Origin: Gordius albopunctatus
Lineage: Eukaryota
Length of the DNA stretch: 64,000 bases
Assembly: GCA_964276515.1 (NCBI GenBank)
Contig: OZ193909.1
Span: 12,834,001-12,898,000 of the forward strand
Direction of reading: 5' to 3'
Shown here: piece by piece, positions 38,620-52,712 of the stretch
Layout: every line of letters begins with the position of its first letter
Numbering within the stretch: the first letter of the stretch is position 1
The notes under the pieces: model-generated
Told to the model about the DNA's origin: nothing
Databases searched by the model: none
Seen by the model: the letters and a program-made list of their open reading frames with translations, nothing else
Translations under genes and position numbers: made by a program

Positions 38620-40153
38620 CATAGACTAAATAGATAAACGTACCGAAAAAGTGATGCTTGTTTTATCGCCATTTGCATGTACTGCACGCATACATATGTA
38701 TACCATAAAATTGTATGAAAATTGAATAAAAGTTGTATTATTTCTGCACAAATTCAAATGTAGGTAATATATTAATAGTCTTTATTTAACAACATATAAT
38801 TAATTTTATTATTTTTAATAAATAATGGTTTAAGCTTATTTAGATTTGATCTCCAACAAACAATTAATTATATCAGATAATGTTTTAATAAGTTTAATTA
38901 TAATATTAAATAGGTATAAATTATTCCTCAATATATTTTATTATGTATAATATGGCTACTTTCAATATATTCAATGATATTTTATATTATTTATAAAATT
39001 TAAATAATTTATTATACTGAATTTATGTTTTAATAAATTCTGAATCATTTCTGTAAGTATTTGATGTTTATTATTTATTTATAATGATTTTCATCAGATA
39101 AAATATGTTTTTCTATTTTGTAAACATCTTTAAATTACTTTTTAGTAATTTGTTATTATTTTTATCATTAATTTATGATTTTAGTTAATTAAATTTATCT
39201 TTACACCAAAATGCTACCAAAAGCTTGTTTTGGGTTTTATTTTAATTAAATATTAGTTGTAGTCTGTATTTTAATATATCATTTATAATCAGTCATGTCT
39301 CACTAAAAATTATAAAATATTTGAAGCCACCATCAAATGTCTCATTGTTCAGCTTTTGGATTCACCAACAACAGAAAAAAATAAGAATCTTTCCTTTCAT
39401 AGGTAATATACATAGTCTATAATAATAATTTTAATAAACAAAATATTGCAAAACTCTTTACTTTAAATTAGCCAAATTCCATAATTATTCTTATTTTGTA
39501 GACAACTTGTTTTAAAATGTAAATGATTTATTATATTAAAATTTTTTTAAAAAGATAAAATTTATATTAGATTTCCTTTAAAAAACAAAGAATTATTAAA
39601 TCAATGGCTGCATAATTTTATGAAGGATTTTACTCCTAACAAAAACTCTGTACTTTGTGGTGCTCATTTTACCCCAGATTCATTCATTCCTTCAGCTTCT
39701 AATTATAAGCGACTTAGAGAAGGTACAATACCTAGCATTTTTAATTTACCTGATCATGTTCAAAAGGTAATTTATTTAAATTAACATTTATGTTATTTTT
39801 GTAAATAAAACTTTTTACCAATATGTATAAACGATTTTAAATTAGTTATAGATGGCGCTAATACTATTATCGTCCATCTTTTCAAATGAGTGATTTTTTA
39901 AATTATATTAGGCGTTAATTCATAATATTATTATCTTATAATTTTTAATCGCCTATACAATGCTTTTTTTAAATATAGCATAAATTTAAATTTAATATTT
40001 TATGAAAATTATTATGATATATTTAAATAAATAGAGAGTATATATAGATTACTATTATAACGTTAGAATAGACTCTTTCGTTGTAGTACTTACAAATGGC
40101 TGCCTAAATTGGCATCATTTTTTAAAGCGAATGAGCAGTCTATTTAGTCTATG
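38620..40153 (+). mobile_element. P-element-like non-autonomous transposon with degenerate THAP exons
   Basis: 15-bp TIR catagactaaataga/tctatttagtctatg; TSD gttatttt/gttattta; exons MSHCSAFG.. (~39338-39402) and FPLKNKELLNQW..VLCGAHF..LREGTIPSIF (~39571-39766). Confidence 0.8.
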
Positions 40154-40659
40154 GTTATTTATTATGTCCATTAGTGATTATGGTTCCGAATCCTTGTTTG
40201 TCATCGGGGCTTATATAAAAATACATACATACTTAAAATCCATAAGTGATAAGATTATAAAATTTTAAATTAATTTTTACATTAAAATTAGGTGTTTAAA
40301 TGAAAAAGAATTCAGTTCAAAACGACGACAAATAATAATAACACTAAAGACACCCTTTAATACGTGTCCCACCCATACTCCACAAACACTGGATGCTACT
40401 ATTTAAATGGACACAAGGCATAGAGGTAATTTTGATATTTATACTACTTACCTTTTTTTTATTTCATTCATCTTCATAAAATATGTATTTTTTAACTAAT
40501 AGTAAACTTATATTTATTTATCTAGTAGCATCCCAGGTCCAAGAAAGAGAAATCTTGTGTTTCTCCTCATACCTATATATGACAAGCCAGATGAAGGCTA
40601 ATTTGATAAACAAATTGTCAGAATTTTCAAACAAGATGGCACTAGAATGAGATCGATTC

Positions 40660-42500
40660 ATTCATTAATGTTAATCTTTATATAATAATTTAATTTATTA
40701 TATGTTTTACCTGCTTAGATCACACTCACTATATTAATTTGTTTTATACAATTTAACAACTTTTAAACATGAATCTAAAGGTATAAGATGATTCTATCTA
40801 TTCATTTGTTAATGTTAAGCTTTATATAATAATTTAATTCATTATATGTTCACTTGCTTAAAAATAGTTTCTAACTACACTGATTTATTCTAAATATTGA
40901 ATTTAACAACTTTTGAGCACAAATTTAGAGGTATAAGATGGCCCTAGGATTATATCTATTCATTTGTTAATGTTAAGTTTTATATAATTATTTAATTCAT
41001 TATATGTTCACCTGCTTAGATAATACTCTAACTATATTAATTTAATCTAAACTAGCTGTGCCCGGCCAAGCGTTGCTTTGGCTCAGTCCTTAAGTGGTTA
41101 AATAAGTATAACCTATTAATAAGACTTATCTAAAACGGGTCATATATGAAATAATAATTCAAATAAATAAAATATCCATAATATTTATTTAGAGCACAAA
41201 TTTTATCACGTCATGGATTTTATGAACCCACTATTTTTAGTATATATATAATAAGACAAACCAAATGCGAATTCTGTTTTAGTCATCAAATCCGGCTAAA
41301 ATTAAATGTTTTTGAAAAAATTGCTGATCAATGCTGTTACTTTATATACAATAATACCATTATTTTATTTTTCTAGTTAGCTGATTTATTTGAAATACAA
41401 TTTTCTTTAATATAATAATTAATTGAAGAATATATAATTATTAAAAATATGCTTCTATGATCGACCACGTGATAATAATTTAAATATCATTTATTTAATT
41501 TAAATAGCCTGTTAAACCCCAATAATTTTGACCGTATACTGTAAAATTTTTATTAGACTTTTAAATATCTAATTCGAGAAAACTTGAGCCTTGTATGTAT
41601 GACGTCCTTATTGTATATGATGCTATAAATGAAACTGGCCGGGAAATGTCCGATATTTAAAAAAAAAGGTATTTTAGGAATCTGAAAAAGCTAGTTTACC
41701 CCTGGCCGCCCTGGGAACCTACGGGTAAAGTTTCGAGCGAATTGGGCCGGTAGTTTCATAATTAATCCCTTTTTTAAAACTAAAAGGAATTTTAGGATTC
41801 TGCAAAAGCTATTAATTTAAATTTTATTTATTTAATTTAAATAGTTGATTAAACCCCAATAATTTTGACCGTATACTGTAACATTTTTATTATACTTTTA
41901 AATATCTAATCCGAGAAAACTTCAGCCTTGTATGTATAACGTCATTATTGTATATGCTGCTATAAATTAAACTGGCCGGAAAATATCCGATATTTTTAAA
42001 CAAAAAAGTATTTTAGGAATCTGAAAAAGCTATTTTACCCCTGGCATCCCTGGGCATCTACGACTATATTTTCGCGCGAATCGGGCCGGTAGTTTCAGAA
42101 TTAAGCTATTTTTTAAAACTAAAAGGCCCATATTTTTAAAACTAAAAGGAATTTTAGGATTCTGACAAAGCTATTTTACCCCTGGCCGCCCTGGGAACCT
42201 ACGAGTAAAGTTTCGCGCGAATCGGGCCGTTAGTTTCAGAATTTAGCCTTTACATACATACATATAACATACACTTTACTTTATATATATAGATATTCAA
42301 TTTAGCAACTTCTAAGCACAAATTTAGAGGTAAAAGAGATTGGTCAGATAATTAAAAATTTGTTAATACAAAGCTTTAATTAATACTTATAACCATTATA
42401 TGATTACCGGCTTATACTATAATCTCTAAATATATAAATTAACGTTTTAAATATTCAATTAAACAACTTGTAAACATGAATTGAAGGATATAAGAGACAA
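40660..42500. repeat. ~150-bp tandem repeat array interrupted by a Helitron
   Basis: attcatttgttaatgttaag..aatttaacaacttt units; the unit broken at 41051 resumes at 42294. Confidence 0.7.
41052..42293 (-). mobile_element. Non-autonomous Helitron with the family 3' end but a different 5' end
   Basis: ctagctgtgcccggccaagcgttgc at 41052, TC start at 42293, A|T insertion, and an internal ~340-bp tandem duplication. Confidence 0.85.
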
Positions 42501-42689
42501 ATTATTGTTTATTAATATCATTAATATTGGCTTATATATATATTACTTATATATTGTTTACTAGATTAACCCGGCAAATCTTGTTTTGCCATATATCCGG
42601 GTGTATTAAATTATGTTGAAATTTTAGGGCATACATGATGATAAAGCGGTTATTGAGGTTAAAATAAAGTTTGATAATTTTTAAACAAA

Positions 42690-44497
42690 TAGTTAAAGAG
42701 GGTCCAAGGCCCAGGCCCACCCAAGAGATAAAACCTGGCCCCATGTAGAGCCCTGCAAAGTCACATTTTTTCAACCCGAACCCGACCCGAAAGCGTTTTT
42801 AATTTTTCAAACCGAACCCGACCCGAAAGCGTTTAAAAAATTTTCACCCCAAAAACGACCAGACACGAAAGCGTTTTAAATATTTTAAATTGATTTGCCA
42901 AAAGAAATTGGAGAAACAATTTGACGCCACGAATTTGAATAATAAATTTATTTGAGAGAATTATTATAATTATGTATAAATATAATAGCGTCTACAATTT
43001 CAGGCCGTAAACTCGACCTCCTATCTTCTAAAATTCGCCCAGCTGTAGAAAAAGATCTCTCACTGGACGCAGAGGAGGCAGGTATGGCTAGAAATTTACG
43101 AGTCAATAACCCTAAAGCAGGATATTTATAAGAATATATTCTCCACTATTCTAATGTGTCGTATATTTCATCATCCTTTTTTGTAAGTTTATAATGTTCA
43201 TCTTTTTCTTGAATATTTTCATCTACACAGTGCTCCCAACCGGAAAAATCCATGAAAGACAAGTTAGCATTATTTTCTAAAATATATTTTAACATGAAGT
43301 TATATGTTAAATATCTAGCTGATTATTTTCCTTTGATACCTCCCTTTCAAAAACTGGCTTTTCCTTTAGACTTTCGCAACTTTTATCATTCATTAATGAC
43401 CCAATCTCGTCATAGAGCTCTTCAGGCTGCAATATTAACCCGACATGACCCGACCCGAAAGCGTTTTAAATTTTTCAACCCAAACCCGACCCGAAACTAT
43501 TATAAAATTTTCAACCCACCCGAAGGTATTTTAACTAGCCCCATGCCCCCCCCCCCCCAAAGGTGAAAATCTTTGGCCCCCTGGCCCTTCAAGCAATTTT
43601 TATTTTTTTTGTAATTGAGAAACAATATCATAATTATGATTATTTGTTTTGGAATAAAACTTTTAATTCTGAACTTAATAATGTCCGAGGAACTGAGATA
43701 TATCAACATTTATTGGCACTTTGTTAATTGTATTTTCATTTTTCTCCTTATTTAACGCGCAAAAAATGACAAAATTAGATTTTTTTAATTTATTTAGTCA
43801 CGCAGGAGGGGACACGACCGTCCTATAATAATAATTGACGTGAAAAATAAGCAAAAAAATGACTTTGATTCTTGGGCGTACCCCTTCCCCCATAATTTAA
43901 AAAAAAATGTTAACACAAAAACCTTTAAAAATTATGTTTGCCCCCCCCCCAGTAAGCCAGGGAAGGGCAGAAAAGGCGGCTGCCCCCCACCCTAATTAGT
44001 CAGGAGAGGGCGGCTACCCCCTGCGGGTCTCAGGAAAAATTTAGGAATTTAGTAGTCGAAGACCTTTTTTATATTTTTTTTTGCTCTCAGGAAAATATTT
44101 GGATAGTCGAGAAATTTTTTTTTAATCTGCCCCCACCCCTAATTCAAAACATGCGTACGCCCATGCTTTGATTTAATGTTTCAAATCGTAAAAAGTTTCC
44201 ATTTTCCGCAGCACATGCCTACATTTATCACACTAACCTACCTACTCGCATGCACACACATAGTTTCATTTAGATAGGCAGTACGTCATGAGGTTGCGTT
44301 TGATTGACGTTTTATTAAACGGCAAAACATATAAAACAAACTAACTCAAAAACTACTGAACCGATTTGGCTCGAACATATCTTAAAACATGCTCCGGAGT
44401 GTGGGAATAAACTGTGAAATTTTGAGCCAAATCGGTCTGGTAGTTCTCCAAAATTTATGGCGGCATACATACACACATAGTCTCATTTTTATATATG
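42690..44497 (-). mobile_element. Second copy of the 23734-24770 repeat, with an extra hAT-type insertion at 42746-43537
   Basis: Reverse-complement match; insertion flanked by 8-bp TSD gccccatg and containing acccga repeats. Confidence 0.75.
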
Positions 44498-45993
44498 ATT
44501 TATATACTTCCCTCTACCAACCTAACATGTATTTCATTAATTTATATTAGTGTTTAATATATTTTATTAAATATGTATAAATTGCCTATATATAATTATA
44601 TAATTATTGTATACATATTAACATGTTCATATATTTTTTGTTAATTTTGATTTTATTTTAAAATTTTTAATGTGTGTATGCAATGGATACAAGTGTCAGC
44701 TGATTCTATTTAACACCATAAAGTGCATGAAATTAAGTTTGCTCAAAATTCTAAATTCCTTCTAATAACTTATATATATGTAATATGTATTATATATTAT
44801 AAAAAGTAATTTTTGGAACCTCTATCTTGATAAAAATAGCATGAGTTAAAAATATTTCATAAATTAAATTAATAATTAAATTAATCGTATAAGTGCTAAA
44901 AATCGCTTAAATGAGGATTTTTTAAAATTTAAAGCCCAGCGATTCTCACTTAAGCGATTTCGACTGTATTTTAATTAAAAATCCATAATTAAACGGGAAA
45001 TTAATGTAGAAGTCATTCATTTTTATATCGCATTAGTATTTGTTTTATATTATGATTCCAATTTCAAAATATCGCCTGGTCCTCTTGTATCCAAAAAATA
45101 GGATTCATTGGAAATATATTCTTTTAAATTTATTTTAATAGCAATAGGGATTTATATGCTAAAATTTTCAAGCAAGTACCTTTAGAAAGAACGCTTGAAA
45201 TAACCTTTTTAATAATATCAATCCAAAAAACACATATTAAATATTTATTAATGTATTAATTAATGTGAAAACTTTAATTAAATCCTACTTGTTTAAGACC
45301 CTAGAGTAAAATGATGATACACAATAATATAAAAATAATTTATTTAAAAAACAAATAATTTAGACATAAATTCAAGTTTTACTATTTAAAAAAGTACCGA
45401 CACATAATAATTGAAATTCGATAATGTCACGAGGGCTGAGTGAAATTATAAGTTTTGTACAATAAATAATAGGATACTTCCGGTTAAGATGGGCACTAAA
45501 ATTAAAGGTTTGGCAACTAAAATGCCTAACAATCGGATTAAGGCATGTGGGTGTAAAGTAAAATAAAGGTAATGCTTTAAACGAATATTATAGTTGTTGC
45601 ATTATAACATAACTTAGTCGCTTGAAATAAGAACCAACAACATAATATTAAGTTTCGACAATAAAATATATAAATAGGTGGGATAACTAAAAAATAATTT
45701 GGCCTCCACGGTAATGCATATTGGATGCAACAAGTGTTTGAGTGTGATGTTTAAAAAAGCACTCGAGTAATAAGCTATTTGTACACAAATACGCGTAGGT
45801 AAAATTGTTTAAAATAAGGGTATGACATTAAGACATTGTGAGCGCCATTTTTAAGAGCTGGTATTCGCCGAGTGTAGCGTTGTTAAAAAGGATCAATAAA
45901 CACGACAGGAAACCATATATGGTGCGCATTAACCAAGCAACGAGGTCCCATCATTGACCCTTCTAAATACACTAGTCATGTTTTTAAAATGAG

Positions 45994-46929
45994 TCAATCG
46001 ATGGCACGGATAAAGTTGTAAAGGATGCGATGCCACACCGCAGGTTGATCGAGGTAACAAGCGTGACCAGCGGCCGGAATTTCGGCAACTACGCTGGTCG
46101 GTATCTGTTCTAAGGCTCGGCGGGATACTAGGCCAACACCAGTGTCCAAAGCCCCGTACACCACTAGGGTTGGGATGTGAAGACTCTTGTAATCGGAAAA
46201 GTCGAAGGACTCCGTCCCCACCGGGGCTATGGGCACGAAAGCTCGCACTGTACGATAATCTTCTTCTTGCTGCGGCACTTCGTCAATAGCACCACGAGCG
46301 TGAAACATGACGTAGGGTAGAGAGTAGGCTCCGCTCATGGATGGACTTACCAAGACTACGCCAGGGACGAGCTGCTCTCGCAGGACGTCTTCGTCGCCAT
46401 CTTGAAAATCTCCGTTGTGATCGGGCGGTTGAATGAGTCGTTTGAGGAGTAAATCCAAAAAGCCGGATTTATCTCTAAGTTTAATCAAACGCTGCTTCTC
46501 AACTCCTATAGAGTCGGTGGGGGGAGGTGTCGTTTTGTTGTCGACAGGCTTGCGACAAGTAGTCTTGCCATAGCCCGGTAAATCTATGGCTAGCCCGCGA
46601 TGCCCCATATGACTAACCAAGTGCATGGTCTTAAGATCGAACCAAGTTTTGGAGGTGAAGGATCTTCCATGAAGGAAAAGGAAAGTCATGCGATGGTGAT
46701 AGCCGGGCATCAATTTGGTAACATTATCGTAAGGCGATATCCCGTTAGGTTCGCTCTCGATTACGTTTACGTCGCAGTCTTTAACTAGCACGGAGTATTC
46801 CTTAAATTTGACGTTGCTCTCGAAGTTGGCGAAGGGTATCGGGTATTTCAAGACGTCCAAATGGCGGAGATCTCCGAAATTTTTGGCCTGGGCGCGATAA
46901 AAATCATTCTTAACTAAATTTAAGTTCAA
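45994..46929 (-). CDS. ABHD14: ABHD14-family alpha/beta hydrolase, main/last exon; upstream exon(s) uncertain
   Basis: LFLHGRSFTSKTW, AIDLPGYG, VSPSMSG, FVPIAPV, PTLVVYG and GHACYLDQP. Confidence 0.85.
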   Translation of the reverse strand: MNLNLVKNDFYRAQAKNFGDLRHLDVLKYPIPFANFESNVKFKEYSVLVKDCDVNVIESEPNGISPYDNVTKLMPGYHHRMTFLFLHGRSFTSKTWFDLKTMHLVSHMGHRGLAIDLPGYGKTTCRKPVDNKTTPPPTDSIGVEKQRLIKLRDKSGFLDLLLKRLIQPPDHNGDFQDGDEDVLREQLVPGVVLVSPSMSGAYSLPYVMFHARGAIDEVPQQEEDYRTVRAFVPIAPVGTESFDFSDYKSLHIPTLVVYGALDTGVGLVSRRALEQIPTSVVAEIPAAGHACYLDQPAVWHRILYNFIRAID

Positions 46930-49900
46930 ATGTGAAGAGCCTTAGTAGCAGTTACCGTGTGAAATGGTAAAATAAACATATTTAAATGACTAGCCATAAT
47001 TCAATTTATATTTTTTTTCTATAAATGTCATCATACAAAGAATTAGTTTGGGACGCCGATATATATAGGCCCTAAAAATCAAGAAATTGTTATTAAGTAT
47101 AAATATAAAAAAACTCGGGGTCGACTTCTCTAACCATATCTATAATGCCCTACTTCGCAGAGAACCGCGAGGAAGTTCTATTCCACAGGCCCTCCCCTCA
47201 TCCCAAAATTTTTATATGAATTCTCGCAGGCTTAAAATTTTAATTTATCAAAATTATGGCTAAAATTTATCAAAATTAATGATCATTCTGCCCCTCCCCA
47301 AATGATTATTGCCCCTCCCTAATTCCAATTTTGGCCACGCCCATGCATAAGGTTTTTGTTAAAACAAAAAAAATATATTTTAATCGCATTAACTTCGAAT
47401 TCCAGTCCAATGGTTGACAGTTTTATCTCGAATAAGGCTCATAATGCTCCCTAGCTATTTATATTTTCGTTACACCCCATCCATATATATTACTCTTCGT
47501 TCTACTTTAAATAATATGGTAATGTATTTTTGCAGAAACTATGATTAATATCATTATAGCAATTGATAATAGTTTCAGTATATTAAAACTTGTAAAAGAG
47601 TTGTCTCCCGTTATTTTCTCGAATGTATTTTATATCAAAAATATCAAAACTTAAGGTTTATTCGTTTAGATTTATATTATCTCATTTTAAATATATATAA
47701 ATATTTTTCAAGCAAACTAATGGTCCTCCTAATTAAATTATATCCCTAACAAATTTGGATATTTTGTGGGTCATTAAATGAGGAGTGTTGTAAAAAGGTC
47801 TGGATCCTGTTTGGTCAATCTTTGCTTCAAATAAACTAATGGCCGATTAAACAAAAACAAACCAAAAACTAAGGTCTGTTTTTGTTTGGTCGATTAACAC
47901 CAATGGTCAACTAAACAAAACCCAGACCTTTCTACAAATTAAGAGTTCAGAAATTCTACCAAAATTTAAGAGAATTTTCCGAAATCGATTACCGTTAATG
48001 TGAGATTAATAACTTATTAATTTACGTCCAACCTGAAAAGAAGATAATGTAGTAATATTTGGTGCAGCCGAAAGACCTTCGTACATTGTGTTAACAATTA
48101 AAACACAGTACCTCCTGGGGCGGATAGATCGATAAAAAACGCTTTAAAACTCGTAACATGGGGTAAAATAATCTAATAAAATCTTAATGTAAATTAATTT
48201 ATTGCTTTCGCATATACTTATCGCAAAGCAATAAAAGAAAGGGGTTTATAAATAAGGTGTTTGACTATTTTAAGTCTGGACCAAAAATCTTAGGCAAAAT
48301 TAATTGTTGTATGAGATCAGGTTACAGCTAAAGATAAGATTTAATATTGAGTTAGATTCGCAAATGCTAACTTAATTTAAATAATAACAAATAAATCTAA
48401 TTAAAGCATCAAAAATTTGAATTTTGTTTGAGATTTGCATTTTATTTGGTAACAATATATTCTATATATAAAGTGTTATGTAAATAATGTGTATAAAAGT
48501 AATTATACTAAAGTTAGTGAGACTTGAAAACATTAACAAATTTATTCACAAAAGGCAAGTCAAATTAGATAGCACCATATGTCAATATGCAAAAGAGGGT
48601 ATTATCAAAGACAAGGAAAATGTTATGCATAAAAGTTATATATCAGCATTTTTTGCAAGTTGTTAAATTGTTCATACAAAAAAATTAATGATTCAGTAGA
48701 CAAAGAATTTTTCAACCATAAGATTTACAGTTTACATTTTTTATATGAAGAAAGGTTTAAACTCTTAGGCAGTGTAGACAACATCACTCATGACATTTGC
48801 TAATTTTATAAACTTTAAAAGGGGCACTGGACATTGAAACTTTTTACACTATGCTGAATCATTTTAAAATATTTAAGTTTCATATTCTATAATTGACACA
48901 AATATAAAACAACTTTTATTAATGTTTAGGTTAAGTTATTTAATATAATATAAGAAATTTTTTATTTATAGTTCTACTTAAAGAATAAAATATATAACAC
49001 TCAAAAATGTTCTCAAAATTAACCTAAAATAAATTTGGGTCTTGAAGAAGCATTGGTTTTTAGACAAATAAAAAAATCATTTTCAATTGAAATAAAATAT
49101 CTTTAAATAAAACTGAGCCTAATAATATCAATTAGATTTTAATAACAGATTATGAAATCTTTAAATAAAATTTTAACTTAACATATTATACTGTGGCAAA
49201 TATTCGCAATTTTTTAAAATTTACTGGTTTCATGGGGCTCGATATTTTTGGGTTAGACTCGAGTTCTTTAGAGCTCTGATATAGAAAATAGATCAGGCAA
49301 CAGATAATGGCTATAATACAGGCTATTATCAAAATCTACCAAAAAAAATTATAAGGTATTATATTAAATACATTATACTTTGACGGGCTTCATCATTCTG
49401 AATTTTTAACCCATATGGTAATGTAATCCCTCGTTTTAGTACATTCCTCAGAAATATGCATTTCTGAAAATTCATGAAATTTTGCTTCACTTTATTAATA
49501 ATCCTGTATAATAGGTATTAGATTTATAAAAACTTAAATTTAATATTTAAATGGCTCCTGAGTGTTAAGATAGTAGTAAGAATAATGCATGGCAGCTAAA
49601 TAATTAAATTCTAGAAGCCATTTGCTATGCAACAAAATAGGAGCGGCCTAGATCGTTTTTTAAATTTAAGGTAAGCCAACTTTATTTTTACTTAGGGTTT
49701 GAAGAAGTAGAAAGGTGCACAACTCACTCGAAGCCTAGATCCTAAGGCAGGCTTTACCGCATGGACATTAATTATCATATTATTTTGCTATAGGCTCTGC
49801 CTGTAAGTCAGTGAACCTAACCTGAGCTTGGCCAGATATCTCACTAATAGATTTGACACTATTTTCTTTAAATTCATTTTCTAGTATGTGAGACGTACTT

Positions 49901-50944
49901 AATTGCGGTTTAAACCCCAACCTCTTGTCCATCTCAATATTATTCTTTAAAATCATACCATATATAAAAACATGAATTTATTTATACCCATTATTATAAT
50001 AATATGCGTTTTAAATATTTATGAATTGTCTTGTTTTCTCGATAAACCCCATCCCACATTTGTAAAAGAATGATAGACATATGTATACAAATTATGAAAA
50101 TTATAGCCTCCTCCCCCGGAGCGTATTATATAGAAGTAGATTCATTTTTATCTTTATAATTTACCTTGTTTTAAATTAATTGATATTATTGATTCATTTA
50201 ATATAAAATAATTAAAATTAGGATATTAACAAGTAGCTAGGCGCTTCATGTCATATTCACAATTTTTTTCGAGTCTGGGCTGAAATAGCACGATATTAAT
50301 AATAAAAACCCAAGCTCGGATGCAGGGGTTTAGACGACGGTTGGTAAAATAATGAGAACCAATAAATTTTAGTCTTGGTAAAAAATTTTACTATCTTTGA
50401 TAATATAAATATATTCAAATTTATATTACATTTCCAAATACAAGCGACAGATGTAAAAACTAATTATATAGTTGCTATAAAAAATCTTTATTGCGTAGTG
50501 AAGACAAATAATTAAATTGTCGTCAGTTACTTTGACTTTAAAAATAATGGAATGGCTTAAATTGAAACATTTTACAAATTATAAAAACGGCGGTTTTTAA
50601 ATATTGGTGGACGCTTTTAATACAATCCTCGCTACATATGTCTAATTTCTTTTAATCTCGCGTTTTGTTCTTTTATCTCCAAGTTGTATTCTCATGAATG
50701 TTTGATTTATTTGTCTCTTTAAAAATAAAGGTTTTTTATATATCATTCATTTAAAACAAACCAAAATGGTCGAGATTGGTTTGACCCAGGCTTAGCCAGG
50801 ATTTTCTCGAAGGAGCAGAAAGTTGACAAAAAAGGTTTGACATGTAATTAAAAATAAGAATTAATCAACTAAATAGTTGTGCCCGCTGCGGGCCAATCGG
50901 CCAAGGAGCCGGGAAGACAACCGTCGTAAATTAAGATTTTTAAG

Positions 50945-52110
50945 TAGGCCTGGTAACAATGAGATTTTTTATATAGTTTGCTATGTTTTGTCACCTTTTT
51001 ATTTATAAAAATTCTAGAATTAAATCAAAAATTTTTGGAAATAAGACAAAATGAATGCTTGAAATTTAAAATCGTCATTTTGGGCCCGTCAGTATGCGGA
51101 AAAGCCGAGAAAATCTCGATCTCGTCTCGTCTCGAAAAACTGAGACGAGACGAGACGAGATTTTATCGGCGAGATCTCGACTTTAATTTTTATCTATTAA
51201 GTCTTCATTTAGCTAATTAAGAATTTTTATTTTATGAGATTTAAATTTAGGGTATTTAATGCAAATTAATATGATTTTGAAACTTTTGATAGTAATTACT
51301 TACGCACCTAATTATCCGCTTCACGCAAATTTCAAATTTGTAATATAATCTTAATAGACATATATTAGTAGCCCTTTGGGTATTTGTTACTTATTTGTAT
51401 AGCTTATATAATATAAAATTATTTAGAACTATAATGTGTTTAGGCGCAACAAGTTCATCGTCCAACACAAAAAAGAGCAAGCTGCTCAAACATTTCACAG
51501 TATTCAAGGATGAATCAAATAAAATAGAGAAATGTAAATTGTGCTTTAAAGAAAATTTTAAATTTTAAGTTATATATGTGCAATTAACGTAAGATCTCAA
51601 AACTGTTATGTTCTTCCAAGAAAAATGCCTATTTTATTGTATTTAAAATGTGCAGATAATTACTTGTTATTAATAATGATATCTTCAAAAGTTTACTCTC
51701 GCATTTTTGTCATTATTTTAACGTTATTATATAAGATCTCAATAACTTCATCATGTTAAAATATGATGATATTATTAAACTTTATCTTTTATTGAGCCTT
51801 AGCCAGGAAATGAAGGTTATTGTTTAGCAACTTTATACCTTCGAGGCAAGTAGTATTTATAACACCTCCAATAATGCTTCCTGCCTTAAGATACCCATCT
51901 AGCTTGTATTTTTGGGTTTGTTGAGATAAAAAATTGGTTCCATTATGACCAATTTATATCTTATATAATAATTTATAAGAATCAGAAAAAAGAATTCTCG
52001 TCGAGACGAGATCGAGATTTTTCTAGGCCGAGACGAGACGAGATCTTAATAATTGCACCCGAGACGAGACGAGATTTTGCTTTCGAGACCGAGACGAGAT
52101 CACAAAACTA
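50945..52110. mobile_element. hAT-derived non-autonomous element with (GAGAC)n subterminal repeats and a BED-finger-like fragment
   Basis: cgagacgagacgaga arrays at both ends; KSKLLKHF..KCKLC at ~51470-51550; a related fragment at 8965-9050. Confidence 0.55.
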
Positions 52111-52712
52111 GTATTAATTAAACGTAGAGCTGGATATAAGATAAGAGTTAATTGGATGGAGTAAAGTAATCCTGTAGTTAAGACATGGAGTGCAGTGAGG
52201 ATCAGAAGAATTCAATCATCAACTTTGCAAACACATATAAATATATTTATGGGATAGATGCTAGAAGTTTCTAGATAACGCGATAAAAAATTCTGGATAA
52301 AATTAATCAGCTGTTTGCTGACAATTGGTTACTCGATGTCGCCAATGCCTAAACACTACATCATATAACAAATGAGTGTCTTAAGGCAATAATGGGTATT
52401 AAACCTATGGCTGAGTTGATTAACTAAAAATTGACTGAGATAGTATCGTCATATACTAAGAAGGGATGCAAATAACGTGTTTCTGAAAATATTGAATATG
52501 GAGGTGTCAGGGAAGAGAGGAAGAAAACAAGCTCGAGTTACGTGGAAATGGAAAGAGAAGATGGACAAAGTTATGAGAACTGAGAATATAAATCATCACA
52601 TAGCTCTTACCGATTAAGATTGAACTAGATTTTCACAATTCAGAGTTTTGTTGACCCATTATAGATCAATATTATGTATTGCAACTTGTTGACGTAAGAC
52701 AGCTGATGTTAG

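Noticed and set aside
49255..49350. Hydrophobic minus-strand stretch (ILIIACIIAIICCLIYFY) as an ABHD14A-like membrane-anchor exon
   Set aside because: Plausible, but splice connectivity could not be established from sequence alone.
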